Part shown: positions 18,424 to 25,604 of the stretch, piece by piece
How positions within the stretch are numbered: the stretch's first letter is position 1
Layout: each line of letters begins with the position of its first letter
Source of the DNA: Candidatus Poseidoniaceae archaeon
GTDB lineage: Archaea; Thermoplasmatota; Poseidoniia; Poseidoniales; Poseidoniaceae
Assembly: GCA_943789275.1 (NCBI GenBank)
Contig: CALSTM010000002.1
Span: 240,001-272,000 of the forward strand
Reading direction: 5' to 3'
Length of the DNA stretch: 32,000 nucleotides
The notes under the pieces: model-generated
The model's database searches: none
Seen by the model: the letters and a program-made list of their open reading frames with translations, nothing else
Told to the model about the DNA's origin: nothing
Translations under genes and position numbers: made by a program

Positions 18424-20124
18424 TCAACGTGGAGGACCGCGCTTAGGACCCGACGGGCCCCCCTTTGGTGGACCGCCTTTCGATGGACCGGGTGGACCGC
18501 TCTTCTTCGGTGGACCGCCTTTCGATGGACCGGGTGGACCGCTCTTCTTCGGTGGACCGCCTTTCGATGGACCGGGTGGACCGCTCTTCTTCGGTGGACC
18601 GCCTTTCGATGGACCGGGTGGGCCGCTCTTCTTTGGCGGGCCGCCTTTCGATGGACCGGGTGGACCGCTCTTCTTCGGCGGGCCGCCTTTCGATGGACCG
18701 GGTGGACCGCTCTTCTTTGGCGGGCCGCCTTTCGATGGACCGGGTGGACCGCTCTTCTTTGGCGGGCCGCCTTTCGATGGACCGGGTGGACCGCTCTTCT
18801 TCGGCGGGCCGCCTTTCGATGGACCGGGTGGGCCACCTTTCTTTGACGGGCCGGGTGGTCCGCCTCTCTTGGGAGGAGCACGGCGTGAGGGAACTTCAAC
18901 TTCTTCCTCTTCCTCTTCTTCGTCCTCAAACATTGCACCGCAATGCGGACATTCGTTGTCTGTTTCTTTGACAAGCCCGTCACAAATTTCACAAGCAAAC
19001 ATTTCGACATCGTCGTCCTGTGCATCGTCCTTACCTAAATTTTCGACTTGACCGTCTTTCGAGCGGAACAACTTCAATTCTGTTGAAAGTGTAAAGCCCT
19101 TCAAAGCGACTTCCGTGTCAATTGCATGTTGGAAGGCCTGTGTAAGATCCTCTGGTGAATCGAGAACACGGCCGTCATCGACATAAGTTACATTCACTTG
19201 AAGGACATCCGAATCCATCTTTGCTTGTGGAGTTTCAACTGCTACACCTCGCTTACGAGCGACTCTTCGGACGGCTACTTCGCACATTCTACGAAGCAGG
19301 GCCTCGTTAGGAGCATCCTTTTCGGGAACTTGCCCCAGCGCACCGGCAACAACGTCTTTTGCAGCATTACCAGGTTCAGCACCTCGCAAGTGAGCCGGGA
19401 GATCGGCCCCCAATGAAGCGAGTACATTGTTCGCAGGTGATTGATTCATGTTGAGCCATTGACTGCGGCGTTCATCCTTCATCGCTCGTTCAGCTTCTGC
19501 CAATCGATTCACCATTGCGTCAGTTGGAGATGTCGAGGGATTGTCGGCAACAATGGTGCCGCCTTGATTGAATGCAGGCGCTGGGTCGAGGGTTTTTTGA
19601 GGAAGTGCACCGCTTGACAGAGATGGCCCTCGTGCTTGTTGAGGTCGGTCCGACTGTGATGCTGGAAGAACATTACTTTGTGGAGAATTTGGATTCATGC
19701 CACCTGGAGGAAATTGACCCTGGTTCATTGGCATGTTTTGAGGCGGGAATTGTCCTTGAGGAGGGAACTGACCTTGCGGTGGGAACTGGCCTTGCTGGTT
19801 GAGATTACGGGGCAAAGGCTGTGGAGGGAATTGACCGGGAGGTACATTCGGCTGCTGTTGAATACCCATTGCAATTTGTTGCAAGACTTCCGGAGGTATG
19901 TTCGAACTACCACCCATGGTTGTGTCTCGTTGTTGGCGGATGGCTTCACCAGAGACAACTCCGAAGTTTCGTCCACCGGTTACTTCTTGTCCGCTGAGGC
20001 CAATGGTGCCTTGACTTGAGAACCCGTCTGCTCGTGAAACTTCTTGACGAGCACCACACTCAGGGCAAAAGATACTGTCATCTGGGATGAGTTCTGAACA
20101 TGACCCGCAATCCATACCGCACAC
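18424..20124 (-). CDS. Dual zinc-ribbon protein with Q/P-rich region, Glu run and C-terminal Lys/Pro/Gly 14-aa repeat tail (hypothetical)
   Basis: Two ribbons have identical spacing: CGSCSELIPDDSIFCPECGA and CEICDGLVKETDNECPHCGA (C-x2-C-x10-C-x2-C-G-A). GQFPPQ occurs three times, followed later by EDEEEEEEEVEV and then KKSGPPGPSKGGPP in about nine copies. The tracked start is GTG at 20124, with an ATG alternative at 20115. It is separated by 17 nt from the downstream helicase gene. Confidence 0.8.
   Translation of the reverse strand: MCGMDCGSCSELIPDDSIFCPECGARQEVSRADGFSSQGTIGLSGQEVTGGRNFGVVSGEAIRQQRDTTMGGSSNIPPEVLQQIAMGIQQQPNVPPGQFPPQPLPRNLNQQGQFPPQGQFPPQGQFPPQNMPMNQGQFPPGGMNPNSPQSNVLPASQSDRPQQARGPSLSSGALPQKTLDPAPAFNQGGTIVADNPSTSPTDAMVNRLAEAERAMKDERRSQWLNMNQSPANNVLASLGADLPAHLRGAEPGNAAKDVVAGALGQVPEKDAPNEALLRRMCEVAVRRVARKRGVAVETPQAKMDSDVLQVNVTYVDDGRVLDSPEDLTQAFQHAIDTEVALKGFTLSTELKLFRSKDGQVENLGKDDAQDDDVEMFACEICDGLVKETDNECPHCGAMFEDEEEEEEEVEVPSRRAPPKRGGPPGPSKKGGPPGPSKGGPPKKSGPPGPSKGGPPKKSGPPGPSKGGPPKKSGPPGPSKGGPPKKSGPPGPSKGGPPKKSGPPGPSKGGPPKKSGPPGPSKGGPPKKSGPPGPSKGGPPKKSGPPGPSKGGPPKGGPSGPKRGPPR
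18467..18844 (-). repeat. 42-bp head-to-tail tandem repeat, 9 copies, in frame within the CDS (encodes KKSGPPGPSKGGPP)
   Basis: Units start at 18467, 18509, 18551, 18593, 18635, 18677, 18719, 18761 and 18803, with plus-strand consensus ggYggRccgcctttcgatggaccgggtggaccgctcttcttY. Degenerate partial units flank the array (18424-18466 and 18845-18891). Confidence 0.95.
19738..19791 (-). repeat. 18-bp in-frame triplicated repeat encoding GQFPPQ x3
   Basis: Codon-by-codon reading of the minus strand gives GQFPPQ at 19791-19774, 19773-19756 and 19755-19738. The copies differ only at synonymous positions. Confidence 0.8.
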
Positions 20125-20287
20125 CTCGCAGGTTTGGTGGTCGGGGGACTCTCCCTAAAGTCTTACGACTGAAAGATGAACTTCCCATCGAAAACGAAGA
20201 AAACTATCGTTGCCGAAGAATACGATTGACGCTGATGGAAATTAACGAGGAGAACCCATCGAATTGAAGAAGAAAAGAGTGAGTGAA

Positions 20288-21304
20288 CTAAGCGTTCTTG
20301 TTCTTTTTCAAAAGCCGGTTGACTCCCCCGGGAATGAGTAACGCTCGGAGAAGTTTTCGAGCATACGACTTCATTTCATCTCTCGTGATTTTTATCTTTT
20401 CATCCGAATCAAGAATGTTGCCAGTCCTCAACAGCGACACAGTCCTTTGCCCAATCAATACCGGTAGCATGGTTGCTGCCTTGAGTCGGAACTGTCCATC
20501 CGGCAACATCCGAATGTATTCTACAGCAGCCTCAAGATGTTGGTCCGTGACGTCGAGATACTCGTCGTACAACGGCCTAAATTGTTCAATGTTGGATTTA
20601 TCGAGTAAATCATGAGGACTTAAGCCGTGCTTTTCCAATTCCTCACCGGGTAAATAGCAACGCCCAAAGCGTAAATCTTCAGGTATGTCACGCAAAATGT
20701 TGATCATTTGCAAAGCTTTGCCGAATCGAATGCCCTTCTCATAAAACTCCTCTTCTTTGTCAGAACCAATGGAAGTAACATGAGCGAGCGACATGTCGGT
20801 CCAAAATACACCTACGCAGCCCGCTACTTTGAAAGTATAATCGTCGAGTTCCTTGTTTGAATCAAGTGAAGAAATTTTTCCACCTTCGTTGGCAGGCCCG
20901 AATCTTTGCAAGTCGAGGATTTGACCACCTACGATTGTATCTAAGCACTCGAGAATGCGCTGTTGATCTTCTTTGGAATAAATCTCCAGCCCTTCGACCA
21001 CATCGTGAACATGACGAAGTAATTCGGCTTCATGTTCATTTGTTTGTAGCGTCGCAAGCTCAGAGAAGTCAGGCAACTCAGAAGAGCGACCTTGAGCAAC
21101 CTCGTTGTATTTCTGCAGTAGGTTTGTCAGGAAATCTGTTTCACCGTGTTTGGTATCTGCAATGGTGTCAGCAACCCTAGCCAGTAAGTACAACAGACCA
21201 ATCTGCCCTCGAATCTTCTTTGGGAGGTATTTGAGCGTCGGGTAGAAGGAACGCGAAGTTGTTTCGAGAAGAGTATCAATTTTTTCGTTGATGAGTACTG
21301 CCAT
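20288..21304 (-). CDS. Squalene synthase-like farnesyl-diphosphate farnesyltransferase (squalene/phytoene synthase family)
   Basis: TSRSFYPTLKYLPKKIRGQIGLLYLLARVADTIADT resembles the SQS-type SRSF...YLVLRALDTxED first Asp-rich region. The second motif is NILRDIPEDLRFGRCYLP. The protein is 338 aa with no C-terminal TM. Confidence 0.78.
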   Translation of the reverse strand: MAVLINEKIDTLLETTSRSFYPTLKYLPKKIRGQIGLLYLLARVADTIADTKHGETDFLTNLLQKYNEVAQGRSSELPDFSELATLQTNEHEAELLRHVHDVVEGLEIYSKEDQQRILECLDTIVGGQILDLQRFGPANEGGKISSLDSNKELDDYTFKVAGCVGVFWTDMSLAHVTSIGSDKEEEFYEKGIRFGKALQMINILRDIPEDLRFGRCYLPGEELEKHGLSPHDLLDKSNIEQFRPLYDEYLDVTDQHLEAAVEYIRMLPDGQFRLKAATMLPVLIGQRTVSLLRTGNILDSDEKIKITRDEMKSYARKLLRALLIPGGVNRLLKKNKNA

Positions 21305-21501
21305 CTTATCCCCTCAAACGAACCGAATCATCCTTTGCTCTTGAGCGTGTGGTATGGATTGTCAATTCCCATGTTCATTCATGAAAGACATCATTTGAGA
21401 ATGAAAAGAATTGAAGGCAAACCTTGTTTTTGGAAGTCGTAAAAATAGGCAATTAGGGGTAGAACTCAAAAAGGGTAACCTACGAGGGACGACCGGTCAC
21501 A

Positions 21502-22800
21502 ATGCTGGAACGCCGGAAACCGCTTGAATTGTTGTTCCCCCTCAAAGGGAACGCAACATCAAGAGATGACGATTCGGAACCAAAAAACATGTCCACGCTC
21601 GACCACCTTCGAGCAGGTGTAATGCTTGCACGAGACGCCGTGAAAGCCGTTAGCTTAACCGCAATGGAAGCACTTAGAGAAGGTGCAACATTCATTGGAA
21701 TTGTTGGAGAAACAAACGAACTTGTCGACCCATTCGAGCACCTCGACGCACCGATTTGGTCTGAACGACCACCCCAAGAACTGACAAAACTCGCTTTCCG
21801 TTACTGTGAGGAACTCACCATGCGTGAGGCAGGTAATTTCTATCATTCGTTCAAATATCTTCCAGACCAGCAGCGGCAAGCCATGTGCGCAGTTTACGCA
21901 TTTTGCCGACGGGCAGACGACATTGCCGATGGCGACTGGGCGGACCGATTCCCTGGCAGCATGGGCGAACAAGACCCTGAGGCCGTGAGTTACAGAGAGC
22001 AACTTGAAAGCCTCCAAGACCAAGGAACAATTCTCGACCCTGAAGCGTATTTGAACAAGATTACTCAATTGTTTTTCTTCCGCAAAAAACTCTCAACCTG
22101 TTATTCGGATGTCTATTCAACTGACCCTGTGTTCTTGGCGCTCAAAGAAACCGTGAGCACCTATTCAATCCCACGAGATGTCTTTGATGATTTGATTTCG
22201 GGCATGGAAGATGACCTGTACAACAACAGATACCGCAGTTTTGACGAACTGTATGTTTACTGTTACCGTGTCGCTTCCGTTGTCGGACTTATGTGCATAG
22301 AAATCTACGGATATGAAGACCCACGAGCAAAGAAATTCGCAGAGTCATGGGGCATCTTCATGCAACTAACTAACGTGTTGCGCGACGTAGGCGAAGACAT
22401 CGAACGAGACCGAGTGTATTTACCGCTCAACGAACTGGAAGCCAACGGCATTCAAGAAAAAGAACTCAATGGAAAGGTCGTTCTCAACAAAAATTGGGAA
22501 CCTTACTGCCGTGACTATGCCCGAAGAGCAAGAACATACCTGCACGAGGCTCGCCAACTCCTCCCTCTCCTCCCACGAAGAACCCGTTATTCCCCAGCAG
22601 CGATGATTGCATTTTACGATAAAATCCTCCGACAGATCGAACGTCAGCAGGGCGATGTATTCACCAAGAGAGTCAAACTCAACAAGGTTCAGAAAATAAG
22701 TCTAGCAGCAGCGGTGTACATGCGACACAGGCTTCTTCCTGCCTTCCTCGACCCAGTATGGTCAGGACTTGCTCGCATTGGAATTCTTCCAGCAGTCTGA
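21502..22800 (+). CDS. Phytoene synthase-like (CrtB/HpnD-type) squalene/phytoene synthase family protein with N-terminal extension
   Basis: NFYHSFKYLPDQQRQAMCAVYAFCRRADDIADG (DDxxD) and TNVLRDVGEDIERDRVYLP (DxxED) are present. The start is uncertain, with in-frame Met codons at 21502, 21589, 21622 and 21664. Family homology begins near aa 95 of the longest ORF. Confidence 0.8.
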   Translation: MLERRKPLELLFPLKGNATSRDDDSEPKNMSTLDHLRAGVMLARDAVKAVSLTAMEALREGATFIGIVGETNELVDPFEHLDAPIWSERPPQELTKLAFRYCEELTMREAGNFYHSFKYLPDQQRQAMCAVYAFCRRADDIADGDWADRFPGSMGEQDPEAVSYREQLESLQDQGTILDPEAYLNKITQLFFFRKKLSTCYSDVYSTDPVFLALKETVSTYSIPRDVFDDLISGMEDDLYNNRYRSFDELYVYCYRVASVVGLMCIEIYGYEDPRAKKFAESWGIFMQLTNVLRDVGEDIERDRVYLPLNELEANGIQEKELNGKVVLNKNWEPYCRDYARRARTYLHEARQLLPLLPRRTRYSPAAMIAFYDKILRQIERQQGDVFTKRVKLNKVQKISLAAAVYMRHRLLPAFLDPVWSGLARIGILPAV

Positions 22801-22989
22801 TTAGATCGGACATGTCGAATGCCCAACGAGTCTGTAAAATGGACAAAAACCGAATGCTGAAGTTAGGACGCCCCAGCAACCGATTACCAGCAGCACGACG
22901 TCCCAGTTCACATCTGCAGCGTAGTCAAAAGCGACCATGCCCAGTCCTGAAACAATTCGTACCAACCTATCATTCAAACTAAGGTTCAT
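22801..22989 (-). CDS. DUF2892 (YgaP-like) small membrane protein
   Basis: NDRLVRIVSGLGMV...LLVIGCWGVLTSAFGFCPFYRLVGHSTC matches the DUF2892 pattern (R-x-R-x3-G ... G-x-CP-x-Y-x4-G-x-x-TC). Its stop abuts the convergent gene's stop with zero gap. Confidence 0.6.
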   Translation of the reverse strand: MNLSLNDRLVRIVSGLGMVAFDYAADVNWDVVLLVIGCWGVLTSAFGFCPFYRLVGHSTCPI

Positions 22990-23077
22990 TCAATCAACTC
23001 TTAAATTGAGTTTCGAATAAGTGCATATAAAGCCCTGTATGAGGTGATTTGACAGAATCAGCACTCAAATACTGCTA

Positions 23078-24253
23078 TCAAACGGTTCGAGTGAACGCTT
23101 GAATCCCGGTGATATATCGGCCGAGAATGAGGTTGTGAATGTCATGAGTACCTTCGTAAGTTTTGACAGACTCCAAATTTGCCATGTGCCGCATAACTGG
23201 ATATTCGTCCAATATTCCATTTGCACCGTGAATGTCACGGGCAACACGAGCAATTTCGAGAGCGATGTCTACATTGTTCATCTTCGCAAGAGAAATCTGT
23301 TCGTTGAACCAAGTTCCTTCGTCCTTCTTACGACCGAGGTGGTAAGCAAGAAGCTGTCCTTTGGTAATTTCTCGCAGCATCCATGCCAATTTGTTTTGAA
23401 CAAGCTGGTAGGAAGCGATCGGATGGTCGAACTGGATTCGGGAAAGAGCATACGTTTTCGCACTGTGGAAACACGACATTGCTGCGCCCAAGGCACCCCA
23501 TGAAATACCAAACCGAGCATTGTTCAAACAGGAAAATGGACCACGTAGTCCTTTGACATCCGGAAGCATACGGTCTTTAGGAATCTTGCAATCTTGAAAA
23601 ACAAGTTCGCTGGTGACAGAGGCTTTCAAGGAATGCTTGCCCTTCATTTCTGGGGCAGAAAAGCCTTCGTCGTCTTTCTCAACAATGAAACCACGGATGA
23701 CGCCATCCAGTTTAGCCCAAACCACTGCCACATCTGCGATTGTTCCATTGGTAATCCACATCTTGGCGCCATTGAGTAAATAATGATCGCCCATATCTTC
23801 AGCTTTCGTAATCATATCACCAGGATTTGAACCGTAATCTGGTTCCGTAAGACCGAAGCATCCAATCCATTCACCGGATGTCATCTTTGGCAGGTAGTAA
23901 TTTTTCTGTTCTTCAGACCCAAAGTCCCAGATGGGGTACATAGCAAGTGATCCTTGAACAGAGGCAAAAGAACGAAGACCAGAATCGCCTCGTTCGAGTT
24001 CTTGACAGATGAGCCCGTATGCAACGTAGGATAGACCAGGGCAGCCGTAGCCTTTCAAAGGAGCTCCTAGAACACCCATTTCACCTAGAGCGACTCGCCA
24101 TTCGTCAAGGAAGATTCCTTCAGCGCATGCGTGTTCAATTTTGGGAAGAACTTCTTCATCAACCCAATCACGAACCATATCACGGATCATTATTTCTTCT
24201 TCTGTTAGTAGGCTTTCAATGTCGTAGAAGTCGACTCCTTCGTATGGCTCCAT
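23078..24253 (-). CDS. gcdH: Glutaryl-CoA dehydrogenase
   Basis: There is long collinear similarity to GCDH as I recall it: KGYGCPGLSYVAYGLICQELERGDSGLRSFASVQGSL, CFGLTEPDYGSNPG, GPFSCLNNARFGISWGALGA and YEGTHDIHNLILGRYITGIQAFT. Confidence 0.9.
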   Translation of the reverse strand: MEPYEGVDFYDIESLLTEEEIMIRDMVRDWVDEEVLPKIEHACAEGIFLDEWRVALGEMGVLGAPLKGYGCPGLSYVAYGLICQELERGDSGLRSFASVQGSLAMYPIWDFGSEEQKNYYLPKMTSGEWIGCFGLTEPDYGSNPGDMITKAEDMGDHYLLNGAKMWITNGTIADVAVVWAKLDGVIRGFIVEKDDEGFSAPEMKGKHSLKASVTSELVFQDCKIPKDRMLPDVKGLRGPFSCLNNARFGISWGALGAAMSCFHSAKTYALSRIQFDHPIASYQLVQNKLAWMLREITKGQLLAYHLGRKKDEGTWFNEQISLAKMNNVDIALEIARVARDIHGANGILDEYPVMRHMANLESVKTYEGTHDIHNLILGRYITGIQAFTRTV

Positions 24254-24323
24254 ACTGTCCTCTCAACTTGGGGTTCACTCGGGGCTTCAAGAACCTAACC
24301 CTCTGGACATCAGAGGAAAGACC

Positions 24324-25499
24324 TCATTTCTTCTTCAAACCTCTCATCTGAAGGTACTTTCTTTGAAGGAAAGGGCTGTTCATGTAGATCAGTCCCAAAA
24401 TAACACCCGGTACCGATATTGTCACCGCAATAACCACGGCGATTGAAACCATATCCATCTTCTCTACATCGTTAAGAGATTGAAACGAAATAATGTTGCC
24501 AAACGATGTGATAATGAAACCATCCTGGTGTCCAGTCTCCCACACGAACTCAATTGAACGCCCGGAAACAACCGCATCCCAAGCGACCGCATCTTCAGAT
24601 AAAATTTGCACGAATGCTTCAGTCACGAGAGGTTGTTGACGGATGGTCGAAAAGGGGGCCATGTGAACAAGAGTCGTTCCGTCATGCCCGCGTGATACCC
24701 CAGTGAAGTCGCCGGTAAGGGAACTGAGTTCACCAATTGAACGAGTCGTTGATTGACTTGGGTCGTTCATGTCGAGGCGAATCGCTTGTGTTTTCTTGCC
24801 GCTGGCAAATCCGACGCATTCATTCAGTGTCGGGTCAGCACAGTCAACACCAATCCAAGTTTCTCCAGCTGTACCGGTTAGGAAAGTGACTTGATCAAAT
24901 GTGGAGATAACGGCCATCCCATCGTTTAATGTGGAGACCACGCAGATGTTTTGATTTCTGTGACACGAAATATCACTGATTGGCGAATTCTGAGTATCCG
25001 ACAGTTTCTCCATTCCAGAGCCCTCTGAAAACTTCCACAAACTACCATCTGCAGCCCCAAAGTATGCGAAGTCACCAGCAGCCCTCCATTCAACGGCCGT
25101 CATGTTGAGTCCAAGAAGAGCTCCTGAACCATTTACTGTCGAAATACCGTGCGTCTCAACAGTATAGCGGAGAGCCATTCCCAAATCCCCCGTTAGAAGA
25201 GCGGTCTTACCACCAGGGTGCCATGCTAAGTCTTGCAAATCAGCGTTTCTATTGGTGCTCAGTTGAATATCTTGCGAGCGGTCTTCGGGATGAATTGCAG
25301 AAACGAGGTGAGCATATCCGTCTTTACCGATCAGCAAAACCGAGAGACGGTCCGGCGAAACTTTACCAGCATTGATACCGATATCAAAATCCTCCAAAGT
25401 GTCGACCAGTTCGAGTTCGATAGCCGATTCTGGTTCAGCAGGTACCGACGGTAACAAGAGAATCATGAGAACGAAACCAAAGAAAAAGTGTCCCCGCAT
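24324..25499 (-). CDS. Secreted repeat (beta-propeller-like) protein with C-terminal TM anchor (hypothetical)
   Basis: The signal-like N-terminus is MRGHFFFGFVLMILLLPSVPA (ATG at 25499; the tracked ORF extends to 25601). Recurrent Gly/Asp/Trp strand-like segments follow. The C-terminal TM SIAVVIAVTISVPGVILGLIY is followed by a basic tail, RKYLQMRGLKKK. Confidence 0.6.
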   Translation of the reverse strand: MRGHFFFGFVLMILLLPSVPAEPESAIELELVDTLEDFDIGINAGKVSPDRLSVLLIGKDGYAHLVSAIHPEDRSQDIQLSTNRNADLQDLAWHPGGKTALLTGDLGMALRYTVETHGISTVNGSGALLGLNMTAVEWRAAGDFAYFGAADGSLWKFSEGSGMEKLSDTQNSPISDISCHRNQNICVVSTLNDGMAVISTFDQVTFLTGTAGETWIGVDCADPTLNECVGFASGKKTQAIRLDMNDPSQSTTRSIGELSSLTGDFTGVSRGHDGTTLVHMAPFSTIRQQPLVTEAFVQILSEDAVAWDAVVSGRSIEFVWETGHQDGFIITSFGNIISFQSLNDVEKMDMVSIAVVIAVTISVPGVILGLIYMNSPFLQRKYLQMRGLKKK

Positions 25500-25604
25500 G
25501 ATTTGCCGATTGTGAACTATCAAAAAACCCCTCCTATACGGGAAGAGGGAATTATCATTCTCTCCAACGGTGAGCCTTATGGCAAAGAGGCTCTTCGCCA
25601 AGGT

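Noticed and set aside
18467-18844. Regularly spaced 42-bp repeats could be mistaken for a CRISPR array.
   Set aside because: The units are directly contiguous with no spacers. They are in frame within a long ORF that continues into non-repetitive zinc-ribbon sequence, and no cas genes or leader are present.
18424-18891. The Gly/Pro-rich tail might be a collagen-like triple-helix domain.
   Set aside because: The period is 14 residues, not a multiple of 3, so Gly does not stay at every third position (GPP GPS KGG PPK KSG ...). The G-X-Y register needed for collagen is broken.
18349-19025. Long alternative-frame ORFs run through the repeat: 18349..18846 (+), 18465..18971 (+) and 18399..19025 (-).
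   Set aside because: A 42-nt (14-codon) stop-free repeat is open in every frame by construction. Only the 18424..20124 frame connects to structured domains (two zinc ribbons) and a sensible start. The other frames encode pure repeat (WTALLRWTAFRWTG, HPVHRKAARRRRAV) with no flanking domain.
7987-20124. The cluster of nucleic-acid enzymes (Cas4-like nuclease, AEP primase, SF2 helicase, zinc-ribbon protein) might form a defence or mobile-element island.
   Set aside because: The genes are interleaved with core housekeeping genes (tpiA, sucCD, a nucleotidyltransferase). I see no integrase, transposase, flanking tRNA, direct-repeat borders or obvious compositional break other than the coding repeat. 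The primase looks like the chromosomal PriS. Only the helicase and zinc-ribbon pair is retained as a candidate module.
20125-20287. I looked for tRNA, small RNA or riboswitch genes in the larger intergenic gaps: 20125-20287, 21305-21501, 14220-14355, 22990-23077 and 28205-28352.
   Set aside because: I found no cloverleaf-compatible acceptor or T-arm pairing (for example a GTTCRANYC box with a matching stem) and no extended conserved-looking helices. The only hairpins seen, such as GGCGC-ttggaaacc-GCGCC near 14311-14329, are short and unsupported.
20288-22800. The two squalene/phytoene synthase paralogs might be a bacterial HpnC/HpnD squalene pathway.
   Set aside because: The minus-strand protein carries SQS-type SRSF/DTxxD signatures rather than the HpnC-type N-terminus I recall. 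No HpnE-like FAD oxidoreductase is adjacent, so the three-step Hpn route is not supported here.
25488-25604. The ORF-track N-terminal extensions were considered as real coding sequence: 25488..25604, 28242..28352, 10732..10752, 14311..14355 and 9568..9591.
   Set aside because: In each case an internal ATG reproduces the canonical family N-terminus (sucC MNIHEYQ, etfB MSNIIVLVKQVPD, tpiA MNKPLIVVNFKTY) or a clean TM or signal start. The extension either overlaps a divergent gene or is basic low-complexity read-through.
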